Shown here one piece after another: positions 36,513 through 47,106 of a stretch of DNA of 64,000 bases. The notes under the pieces were generated by a model that worked only from the letters and a program-made list of their open reading frames with translations, made no database searches and was not told the origin of the DNA. A program made the position numbers and the translations under genes. The stretch is from Chara braunii. Its lineage: Eukaryota > Plantae > Charophyceae. The stretch spans positions 1,591,821-1,655,820 of the forward strand of contig BFEA01000037.1 in the NCBI GenBank assembly GCA_003427395.1, in the 5' to 3' direction. Numbering within the stretch: position 1 is the stretch's first letter; each line of letters opens with the position of its first letter.

Positions 36513-37556
36513 GTGAAGAAGAACATGGCGGGCATAACCGCCAAGCTCGGACACGGAAAAAGAAGACATAGTCGAAGAGGAGAGAGAAGGGACGAAGAAG
36601 AAGGAAAGAGTTATAGCTGAGGTGGAGAAGGGAGAAAGAGAAACCATAGCCGGGGGTGAAGAAGAAAGAGACGAGGGATGAGAAAGAAGCCATAGCCGAG
36701 GGTGAAGGAGGAGTAAGGAGGAGGAAGGTGAAACAAAGTGAGAGAGAGAGGGTTGGCAGCCATAGCCAACGTTGACCAAGGCAGTTATCAGCGTTGACCA
36801 GAAGTTTACCAACGTTGACCGAGTGTTTACCAACGTTGATCGGGTGTATACCAGCGTTGACTAGGGCGTTTACCAGTGTTGACCGAGGAGTTGATCGGGA
36901 CGTTGACCAGCATTGATCGAGGTGTTGACCAGGGCGTTGACCGGAGCTGTTGACCACAAAGTTTGACCAAGTTGGAGTTGGTATACTCTCGCCAAGCCTT
37001 CAGCCTGTCCCCTCGCCCTATGGATGTGCACTCACCCCATGGTACTTGCTGAGTCTGTCTCTCTTCTTTCTGCATTGAGTCTCTTCTGTCCAGGTGATAG
37101 GAACTTCGTGCATGACGTCATAGAGCTGCGTTGACCAAACCCACACGGGCTAAGTAGGGCTAAAGGCCGTGTCTGAGGATTGACTGACCCGGAGGACAAA
37201 CCCTCCCAAGGACCGGTACAGACCGGCGGGCTGCTCAGTGTGGCATGGTAGGCCCAAAATCCGAGTTGTGGGTTGCACAACGAGCTGTTTACGTCTTAAG
37301 AGGACTTGCTGATCGCATCGTCCTGTTTGCGACGTTAAATAATTCTTGAGGAGTTACGGGGGATCTCCTTAAATGCCTCCTGATCAGCAGTAAGTCTTGT
37401 AGTGACAGCCATAGTTATAGGTCCAGGCTAGAGACCATGGTTGACAGGGTCCTCGAGGATTATGTGGTCCTTAGCGAGTCAGTCATTAAGTCAGGCAGGG
37501 GGTGGAAGTCTAAGTGGTGAGGAGTGGAATTGTCACCTGGTTGTACATCTATCACC

Positions 37557-39480
37557 ATGGTGGACACGCGTAGCGGTACGAGCACCACCCCATATACGAA
37601 AGAGCAGGATGAGAGGGCCGCCGCCATATTGAAAGAAAGAAAGGAGAAGGAGGAGGCCAAAAAACAGGCCCTGTTGGAAGCGCAGGCGGCGAAGAAGAAG
37701 AAGTTCGAAGAAGAGATGGAGAGGTTGAAGAGAGAAGAGGAGAAGAAGCTTAAAGAAGTAGAAGAAGAAGAAGAAGAGGAGGAGATACCCCTGGTGAGGA
37801 CTGTGAGGAGAGAGGAGAGAGGAGAGAGGGGAATCCAGTGGGGTTAGTGAAGACGAGAAGAAATTGGAGAAGATGGTGTTGGAGTGGGTGGCTAACTTTT
37901 CCTCGGGGGAAGATGAAGAAGCGTTGATGTACATTCCCCAGGATGAGAGGGATGCTGCTGCGGCAAAGATAAAGGCCCTGACAAAACCATTACAGCAGCA
38001 GGCCCTAGAAGAGGAGAAAAGAATGGAGTGGAAATTGGGATTGAGGAGGAAGAGAAGGAGGCGCATTGAGGATGCCACTGAGTTAGAGAAGGAATGGGCT
38101 GCCACAAGAGAACAACATACTAATGCGCTGGCACAAGGGGACTTGCAAAGCAAGGTGGATGCGATCGCAAGAAGCATAAATGTATTGATTCGCGTCCAAC
38201 AGGAGCAGATGCATACATCAAGGGGCCATGACATGGCCCTACAGTCCATCCGAGTAGGCTTTAGAGCCCACGATATGCTGATGTGGATGGGCTCTGAGAT
38301 GCAGGCCCGTATGAAGAGCACAAAACTATTGTGTGTTGGCACCATAGAGGGCGCTAAGCTTGCAGTCCCAAAGGAGGAGGAGGCACGCCCGTGTAGGGAA
38401 CAAGTAAAAGTAAAGTCTCTTGATGCCTACAATGGGAAACAGGGGGAAGATTTTGATAATTGGGAGGCAAACATCAATCCCTACGTGCACCTCCAGGATA
38501 TCATCCCTGAGGAGCAGGTCCTCGTTGCATTCCATGCCCTTAGAGACAAAGCGTCTAGCTTCGCCAGGCCGTTAGGCCGCGCCGCCAAATGTGATAATGA
38601 CATGGTGGCATATTCCACCATCACTCCCATCAACGAATTCCTAAAGTTACTTCGCGAACATTTCGCGGACGTAACTAAGGGAATCAAAGCCTCAGACAAG
38701 CTCCAGACAATCCGCACACGTCAGTGGAAGAGTGCAAGGACGCTCAAGGGAGCCATGGATGAGCTTGTTGCGGTTCAAAACCATGGGGTCACTGAGCCAC
38801 AGTTGTTCAGTTATTCTATCGTGCGATGCTCGAGAGTTTGCACGAGCACTTTTATGATAAGTCGCGAGAACAAGGGATGACTTATGATAGATTGAGTCGC
38901 GACGCCGTTGCTTATGAGGCCCAGTCTACGCCAGTCACTGCCTTTTGGCACAACGATTTCGACAAGGGTAAGAAGTGGAAGGGCCGGACCATTGCAGGAC
39001 AGGTAAAAGGGAAAGACTGCCTGATCTTGACATTAGATGAGGGCGGAATGTAGGAGGTCCCGTATAGTGAGATTGCGTGGGGCCTCGAGGAGGAGGACAG
39101 GAGTGTGGGTCAGGGGAGGACCTATGCTGCTGTCGTGGCTAGAGGGAGGCCGCAAGGAAGAGGAGGAGGCGTGGGCCAAGGGGGACGGGCCTCTAGTGGT
39201 CGAGGACAGGACGATCAGGGGGTTGGCGGCAGGAGAAACCGCCAAGAGGGAGGCAGGGGCTAAGGTCCCTCATAAAACCGTCCGCGTTCCAATCGATCAC
39301 CTCCCAGGACGGGTGGATGGCACCCTGGCTTGCCACAGGGCAGGCCTTGGGAAGATTTGGGCCTTGAACAGAAAGTCGGGCAGAGAAGGATAGACCAGGA
39401 TTAGTGCATTTATTGCGGTGATCCGGGGCACATTATCGAATACTGCCCCGTGCAGGACAGCAGCAGGGAAGGAGGGATTT
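37557..39480 (+). pseudogene. gag: gag of D (frameshifted)
   Basis: MVDTRSGTSTTPY...; YNGKQGEDFDNWE; CIYCGDPGHIIEYC at ~39405-39446; clearly homologous to the gag of C. Confidence 0.9.
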
Positions 39481-41241
39481 CGAGTTTGTCCTCGTTAGGG
39501 AGAAATATTGATTACGCGAGCAACAAAAACCAAATCAACGCTGCCGGTGACAACAACAACAACAACAACAGGAATAACAATGATGATACTCATGGTGGGG
39601 CAAGTGCGATTGGGGATTCTCTTCCCCTCCTCTCCCCCTTCCTTTCCTTCTTCCTTCTTGTTTCCCTTTAGTTCGTTGGATTTTGATTGGGGGGATGGGC
39701 AAGTGGGGTGACCGAATGGATTGAGTGGAAAACAGGAAGGTTGTGTGGGGGTGTGAGGAGAGAGATGGTGGCGCGAAGGGGTAGGTTAGAGAATGCTAGA
39801 CATAAAGATGGGATGTGGCTACAAGGTTTGGCCACGTGGCAACAGAATAACCATGCCTTGGGTATGGGCTTGCTTATCTGTTTGCCACGTGTAATTGGTG
39901 ATCTTAATTTGTCACGAGTAATTGGCAATCCCAGTATGTATGAATTCCGTAAACATGGCTGCCACGCGGGGATTGTCATTTCAGTTGCGCTACAAATTCG
40001 CCTTGTGGCAGCGCAGGAGGAACAATAGTGTTATGCATTGGGGCAGCCTATGTGGTTCACTGCTGTTTTGTAAAGTGGGTCACAATGGTGAATCTAGGTT
40101 TTCCCGAGTGAGGAAACTACCCCTGCTCATACTCAATGTTTGAAATCACTCAGCAAGATAGTTCTTGACTTAGAACTAGCTCGTACTAAGAAGTGGTGGT
40201 TCTGAGTACAGAGGGTGCGCACATCCCAGTGCGACAGTTTGTGCATTGGGTTGCATCTACACTTAGTAAAAAGAAAAATTTGAGCATGGTGTTTTGATAT
40301 TGNNNNNNNNNNNNNNNNNNNNNNNNNNNNNNNNNNNNNNNNNNNNNNNNNNNNNNNNNNNNNNNNNNNNNNNNNNNNNNNNNNNNNNNNNNNNNNNNNN
40401 NNNNNNNNNNNNNNNNNNNNNNNNNNNNNNNNNNNNNNNNNNNNNNNNNNNNNNNNNNNNNNNNNNNNNNNNNNNNNNNNNNNNNNNNNNNNNNNNNNNN
40501 NNGACAGTTTGTGCATTGGGTTGCATCTACACTTAGTAAAAAGAAAAATTTGAGCATGGTGTTTTGATATTGCTAAACCTAATGATTTTGAGTACGGGGC
40601 CTGATCGCACTCGAATGTAAGTGAATAAAATTGAAATAGATTTAAAATGAGATAACTTTGAACTTCACATATCCCAAATCAATGGAATGTGTTCTATGCT
40701 TGCAAGTTTGTACTTCGATGGAGGTACATTCTCGTAATATCGACGAAAGTCAAGCATGACTACAAATTTGTTCTCGGATGTTGGAACATGCTCGTTGTAT
40801 TAGTGAATATTAGGGATATATTTACAAATTGTTATTGTACAACAAAACACCCCTGTACTATTAGGGAAAATTTAAGAGTATAAATCAAACCGACTTTCAG
40901 TTCTAGGGGTACAACCACGATAAACTGAAATTACAAAAGTAATTTCAACATTTATCCTACACGTGAAACTGATCCGCAATATCATGAAGTCGTAGTGGTA
41001 TCCTTACAATTGGCGCAGCTAAGCTCTTTCACAATTTGAAAATGTTTGGAAGTATAAATGAAGTGTTGTCTCTTCAACTCAAGTTGTCTTATTATTATAT
41101 GAATAAAATAAATAAATAAGCCAGAATGGTCTTCGTGCCGTTATTTGACTCATTCTGACCCGCGCTCGTTATTTCTTGTTTATAAGTTCACGGAGAATGA
41201 GTTGAGTCAATTCTCATATATGAATCACCCTTCGGCCTTAA

Positions 41242-42331
41242 ACCACCAGTACCTACCGGTTGCTGAGGCCCTACCCTCATTTCTGCCTGCGCGCCAAGGG
41301 TTGTCGAACCTGGAGGGGGGCGGGAACGAATTCGGGTGTACTGTGGAGTGGCACTGGTACCACAGTTGTTTTCACTCGTGACGCAACCCGGGCGTGACCA
41401 CAAGCGCAGTCGAAGACATTCGGGAGAGTCCTTGGGAAAAAAAAAAAAAAAAAGCACATCTGCGAAAGGACAACTTCCTTCCTGTCTCTTATGGGGAGTT
41501 CCCGTCGAAAACGTTGAAGACAGTTCGCACAAAAAAAAAAAAAAAAAAAAAAAAAGGACACATGTGCAAAATGATAGTGGATCGTGCACTAGAACGTGGG
41601 GAGATACATTGGCATATATGTCTTTGGTGCAAGTGGAGTATTTGGCTTCGCTGGCAGGACTTCAAATGCTCCCCGTTTCTCATGGGGAGGCAGATCAGAT
41701 GCGATCGAGCTTTTGTCTTTTTATTTTTTGTTGTGAGTTGGAAAAAAACGAAAAGCAAAAGTATGTCAGACCACATTACTTATAATATAGAATATATATG
41801 TCCCTAATCACGTCCCGATACGGTTGCAAAAGTCATTGCATAAAAATGCCATGAAAACGGATGTTTCTTTTCTCTTCATGACTTTCCACGTGTTGCATAA
41901 GCCAGGGCATTTTTCTCGGCATGTATAGTTCCATGAGTAGGGAACCATACATTCAAATCCAGAAGTCAAGGGAACACTCTTCCTCCGTGATGATGAGGGT
42001 TGCAAGTTACAAAGGACAAAGTGCTCCCGTGAGTTCTCATTTCGAATGCATGGTCCCATATTCAAGGACCAATACATTTCGAGAAACTGTCTCTCATCTG
42101 AAATGTTTTTTTCTTTTTTCTTTTTTCTTTTTGGAGCCTGTATTGTAGTTGCAGCTGGTGCGTCCCTGCATGTGGAAACATGCACGGCAAAAACAAGAGT
42201 ACACCGAGTTCTATTCCTTGGGCCCAGCAGCCTCTTCACAAATGTTATTGCCGAGCCTTTCCCGAAATCCGGAAGTTGCGGCGCGTTAACGACCGCGATT
42301 TTTTTTTTTGGCTGGGCCAGGTACTGCTGGT
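41242..42331. mobile_element. 1090-bp non-autonomous TIR DNA transposon at TTAA, same terminal family as 23783-24485
   Basis: TIR accaccagtacct / aggtactgctggt (12/13); ttaa at 41238-41241 and 42332-42335; the inverted paralogue near 43283 has a single ttaa. Confidence 0.9.
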
Positions 42332-42940
42332 TTAAATGTCAAATAAGAGAGGTCTATGCTTCCCGTTGTGCCTTTGGTTCCACTTTGGCGATAGATCCGT
42401 ATATCTACCCGATAGTTTGTGTTCTCTCAATGAAGAAGAAAGACCTCTCCGGATCTTATCCGGAGACTGACCCTCTTCGCTGCCTGTAAGGGTTGGTTTC
42501 ACTCCCCAGCTACTATAGGGTCTCCGTGTTGCAACCTAAGTTGCTTGCATCTCGTGGTTACATATATCTGGTTTTTACCTGTAGTTGAACACCGGTTGCC
42601 GCATAACCCTAGTGGATTTATCCACCACATCGTCCTACAAGGTAGGCACCCCCGAATTAGCGTTGATTGGGCGGACCATGATACGCAATCGGTCATGACT
42701 CACATCAGGAGCGCAACGTCTGACCACGAAATTGCGTTGGCTATTCTATACCGGAAAGCTTTTGTGTCGACTTCGTTATCCTCACCAGGTTCAACATCGT
42801 CTTCCCTACCAAAAAGGCTCAGCGATGATGTGTTTGACTCTGTCTTTTTTGCACGCATCATTCATACGGCTCGTACCTAACTTCTTACAGGTGATTGTAG
42901 CGAATATGGCGAAGGCATAGTCTTACCCCATTACTAATGG

Positions 42941-42988
42941 TGGAAGGTCGCGGTTCCAAAGGTTCGGTTGTTCGTCGATGAAAGTGGT
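42941..42988 (+). rRNA. rnl: Mitochondrial LSU rRNA exon fragment (E. coli ~2529-2571) between group I intron-like sequences; second copy at ~43963-44010
   Basis: ggttccaagggttcggttgttcgccgatgaaagt resembles 23S GGTCCCAAGGGTATGGCTGTTCGCCATTTAAAGTGGT; upstream gaaggcatagtc resembles the group I S motif. Confidence 0.7.
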
Positions 42989-43094
42989 AAATTTATTGTC
43001 GTGTCAGATGAGTAATCTCTAACCTGATTACTTCACTATATGTGAGAAAGTCCTAACCGAATGTCGGACGACCGTATATTTGAACACAGAACAA

Positions 43095-43208
43095 CTCCCT
43101 AGGTTGGATTCGAACCAACGACCCAATAGATAGGGTAAGCAGTGTGTGTAATCTAACTAAGCTTCCCTCTGAACCGTGCTTGCAAAATTTCCAAGCACAC
43201 GACTCTCC
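43095..43208 (-). pseudogene. trnN: 3' exon of mitochondrial tRNA-Asn (43129-43095) preceded by group II intron domains V-VI
   Basis: Minus strand: gagagtcgtgtgcttggaaattttgcaagcacggttc (domain V) ... accctat | ctattgggtcgttggttcgaatccaacctagggag. The anticodon is not present, so identity rests on similarity to plant mitochondrial trnN as I recall it. Confidence 0.7.
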
Positions 43209-43451
43209 ATCAGTTTAGCAAGACTACTGATAGAGTGGAGCCAAAGGCGCAACATGAAGCAGAGGCCTCTCTTATTTGACATTTAAGACCAAAGGATGAT
43301 TCATATATGAGAATTGACTCACCTCATTCTCGATGAACTTGTAAATAAGAAATAATGCGTGCGGGTCAGAATGAGTGAAATAAGGGCGCGAAGGTCACTC
43401 TGGCTTACTTATTTATTTTATTCATATAATAATAAGGCAACTTGAGTTGAA

Positions 43452-43556
43452 GAGCCGTGTGATGGGCGACCATCTCGTATGGTTCGGAGAGCACTTGTTA
43501 CGATCGTATAGTCTCGACTCTTTCTTCGAGCCTCGTGGTGAAACTCTTCACTCTAT
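43452..43556 (+). other. Group II intron domains V-VI fragment (mitochondrial type)
   Basis: gagccgtgtgatgggcgaccatctcgtatggttcggagag ... cactctat with an AY end. Confidence 0.8.
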
Positions 43557-43647
43557 TCATGTTTTAATGAAATTATGTATGAGTAAAAAATATGGCCTTA
43601 CGGGTACCACCCTTGAGTTAGTTTTGTTGTTTCTGAAGCAAGTTCCT

Positions 43648-43721
43648 GGGCTTATGGTTTAATTGGTTCAAACGCACCGCTTACAACGTTGATATTGTAG
43701 GTTCAAATCTTACTAAGCCTA
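43648..43721 (+). tRNA. trnI: Mitochondrial tRNA-Ile(CAU)-derived pseudogene (anticodon loop mutated to cttacaa)
   Basis: gggcttatggtttaattggttcaaacgcaccgc...gtaggttcaaatcttactaagccta matches the plant mitochondrial trnI-CAU body. Confidence 0.75.
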
Positions 43722-43730
43722 TTTGCATTC

Positions 43731-43803
43731 TGGTGTATAGCTTAATTGATAGAGCATTGGGCTTTTAACCTAATGGTCGCAGATTCAAATCTTGCTATAC
43801 CCA
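43731..43803 (+). tRNA. trnK: Mitochondrial tRNA-Lys(UUU)-derived pseudogene
   Basis: ggtgtatagcttaattgatagagcattgggcttttaacctaatggtcgcagattcaaatcttgctataccca; TTT anticodon; stem mismatches. Confidence 0.85.
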
Positions 43804-44133
43804 TAAGGACACGAAGTGGGGTAAACATTCTTGTTGTGATGAGAATGATGTGTCTAACTCTTTGTCTTTCTTGCACACATCATTCATACGACTCGTACCT
43901 AAGTTCTTACAGGTGATTGTAGTGAATATGGTGAAGGCATAGTCTTACCCCATCAGTAATGGTGAAAGGTCGAGGTTCCAAGGGTTCGGTTGTTCGCCGA
44001 TGAAAGTTGTTAACTCATTACTGTGTCAGACGAGTAATCTTTGACCTTATTACTTCACTATATGCGGAAAAGTCCTAACCTATTTATTGAATGAATTTCA
44101 ATATACGATGGGTAATTTGTAGGAAACCAACAT

Positions 44134-44400
44134 ATGTCTGTGTAGTAGAAGTGACATAAAATTCGAATGGAAGCCCCAGTAAACGGTGACAGTAACTCTA
44201 ACTGTCAATTTTAGGGCAGTTATAAAATCTAGCTACATGCCGGAACACTCGCAATTCTTACATACACTACCGAGAAATACGGCAGAAAGTTCACTCGAGT
44301 GGATAGAGTGAATTAGCAGGCTCGCTAGACGAAGCGTCTCTATCGATCCTCAAAGGCCATATTCCAGACGCACAAAAACTATAGTCCAATCGGCATGGTG
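44134..44400 (+). rRNA. rnl: LSU rRNA exon fragment ending at E. coli U1923 (44205), followed by the 5' part of a group I intron
   Basis: gaagccccagtaaacggtgacagtaactctaactgt corresponds to helices 68/69; the following ttagggcagtt can pair with aactgt and the expected 3' exon cctaa (internal guide sequence). Confidence 0.75.
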
Positions 44401-46919
44401 ACATGAGGCGCAAGAGCACGCAATGAAAATTGAATTTGTTCAGGTTCATATAACAAAACAGTCATCAATGTTTGATAATTAACTTCTAAATGGGATGGCT
44501 TGTTTTTTTTAATTTGGTTATACCTTATTTTTTGTTTGATGATTGACTTGCAATTTTGTTGAATGGAAATAAGATCACCACTGAAAACTTGAAAGCTAGG
44601 TCGAAGGATAATTTGATTATTAACACAAAACTGTAAGAATAATAGAGTAAAAGTTTATACGTACAAGAAGAATGTCCAATCTTTTCTCCATTAATAATAA
44701 CAAGTTTTTTTGTTTGTCTAAATAAGTATACGTTTTTTTTGCTACTTTTTAAAAAGGTCAGACACATCATTCTCATCACAACAGATAGAACCAGAAGGTT
44801 TGATCAACAACTTTCGAAAGTTAAAAAAAAATTGTAAATTGGTCGTTACAGAGAACATATTCTTCGATCTTTGAAGCGTTTTTTTTATACAACCCGCAAA
44901 GTATATGCCAAACGACTTAATTCAATATTGATATAAAAGAAGTAAGCACGTTTGACTTTAGAATAGGTTTTTACCACGACGTTAACTTGACCTTGTAATT
45001 TAGACGATTTTACAAAAAAAAAAAGTAAAACAATCAAAGTGATTTTTCAATAAACTCCACGCTAAGGGAGGAGTTTCCTTGAGATTTGTCGTGCTTGGTG
45101 ACTTAGCGCATAATCATCAGGTAGCAGTTAGTTTGTCACATCATTTAAATCATTGACGACTGTTAATATTAGTCCCCATTAAGTAAAATGTAATGATCAA
45201 GTAATCTACTTTTCTTAAATATTGTTTCCTTTTTCCACGGCTCGTCACTTAACCATCATCAAAAAGGTCAGAACATCCTCTGATGAGATAGAGAACAAAA
45301 CTCATAATTACATTCGGGCTCTGACCGATGATGGACCCAATCATCGTCTACCTTCTTAATTAACAGTTGAAGTCCGCACAACAATTTATAAAGATTAAGA
45401 ATTAGTTGTTAAATCGTTTTTATTCGATTGAGAGTAGTTATTTAGCACTTTTACAGACCCAGGTCTAAGAAGAGTATGACATTATTTCATAATGCATCAG
45501 TCAAATCACATATATGCACCACCACATAAGAGTAAGTAAAGTAGAGATCTTGAACAAAGATAAGATGACGGTGTCCTTAGGCAGGGTTAACCGAAACTTT
45601 ATCTTATGTTAGTCTTAATTAAAACTCGAATTTTTTCAAGAATTTGTCACAATCGTTTGGATCATACCCATCTTTTATCCTTCCTTTTCAATCAGACTCT
45701 TCAAGTTCTCACTTCAACGTTCAGCCTTGTCCTCCCTCGATCGGACAGGAAACGTTTGTGCTAAGGATGATGAATATTACCACCTCTGTAATCAATTGGT
45801 TAACAAGCCGCTTATGCTTTTAAAAGTCAATGATGATCCACAAAAATAAACAAAATCTCCCGTGGTAGTAGTCTTAAGGACCAACGCAGGAGAAGCGACA
45901 AGAACACACTTGAAATAACATTGAAAGCTAGTACTGATATCGTCGCAGTGATATGCCCAATGTGTATGGGTCCTCCGGCTGATAACCAGGCATCAGCAAT
46001 TGGCTGAAGATGACCCACTTCGGTAAAAGCAGACACTTTAGGTAGTTACTTCAAGAGACATGACTTTTCTCGAACTACATCGCGTTGAAGACAAGAACCT
46101 AACTAGTTCGAGATCCCTGGACAATGACGACCAACTAAAAAATCCACAAACTTGGTAATGGAGGGAAGACTCGCATGAGTCTGGCAAAGAGCTTTCAATT
46201 AAGTGTGATAACTGACTATGACACCTTCATCAAGTACTATTAGCACAGAAGCAACCAACAGAGGAACCAGTACTCGCTTTGATATACTCCAGGAAGATGA
46301 CGGCTACCGAAGAATAAACAAAATAATGTGCCATCTACAACCAATGTAGTAAAAACCCAACGCGATGACTTGCGCCTAATAAGAAGCACGTCTAAGATCA
46401 AAGTGTTTGATTAAAGCGACCTGTGGGGAGCGAACCTTAGTAAAAGAAAGCTCAAAATGTCACGTCATTCGTAACTGCTCTTTTTGCATGTTTATAATAG
46501 TCGTCATTGACGTATATTGTTTGTCTGTGTTACTCGTACTCTGCTCTCGAGTTCATCTATTTCTCTACTAAACTCTCTCTCGCGCTTGTAATTGTTCACG
46601 TGTTCGATCATTCTGATTTCCCCTCCCCTCACCTTTGCTCTATTAGCAGTTTACTTCGCTTATCACCATCTCATTAACATATGTCTCATGATTCTGAAAG
46701 TCTGATTTCTGCATACCCTTTTCTCGCTAATATCCAGCACAATGAACCCGCTTTGCCACACAACGACCAACATGCAAAGCTTGACAGTAAATGACAAAGG
46801 TCATGCACAAGAGTAGATGAGATCAATGGTAGAAAGTGCTCGCGCCTTTTGTAAATGGCACATGAAGATTTTTTCTTTATCTCGCGTGTGTCGGCAATAC
46901 CTTATTTTGTACACTCTGT

Positions 46920-47106
46920 CTCTCTCTACTCGTCACTCTAGTCTCTGTCAATAATTACCTTGTGGACTATGTTCCTCCACTCACAACACCAAAAATGTGT
47001 CAATAGTATCTTGTTTTGTACATTCTCTCCCTACCTACTTGTCACTCTAATTCTTGTCAATAATTACTTTGTGGATTATGTTTCTCCACTCACAATACAA
47101 AAAACG
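46920..47106. repeat. Diverged ~110-bp tandem duplication
   Basis: gtcactcta...gtcaataattac...ctccactcacaa occurs twice. Confidence 0.75.

Larger units (their letters stand above)
35438..39480 (+). mobile_element. 3'-truncated Ty3/gypsy element D, related to C (5' LTR, leader and gag only)
   Basis: LTR 35438-36281 (TGAAA...TTGCA); PBS tggtatcagagccggtt 36284-36300; leader collinear with C; no pol or 3' LTR. Confidence 0.9.
41068..45100. other. Mosaic NUMT (scrambled mitochondrial DNA fragments); boundaries approximate
   Basis: Plant-mitochondrial-type tRNAs, LSU rRNA exons and group I/II intron motifs in mixed orientation, with internal duplications. Confidence 0.8.

Noticed and set aside
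40233-40572. 70-bp direct repeat flanking the N gap
   Set aside because: Identical sequence on both sides of a gap indicates an assembly overlap.
39830-40910. G-box-like gccacg cluster and possible MITE/MULE ends
   Set aside because: No TIR pair or TSD could be established, and a gap interrupts the region.
43648-43721. tRNA-Val(UAC) from the apparent TAC anticodon
   Set aside because: The body matches mitochondrial trnI-CAU; the loop is mutated in a decaying NUMT.
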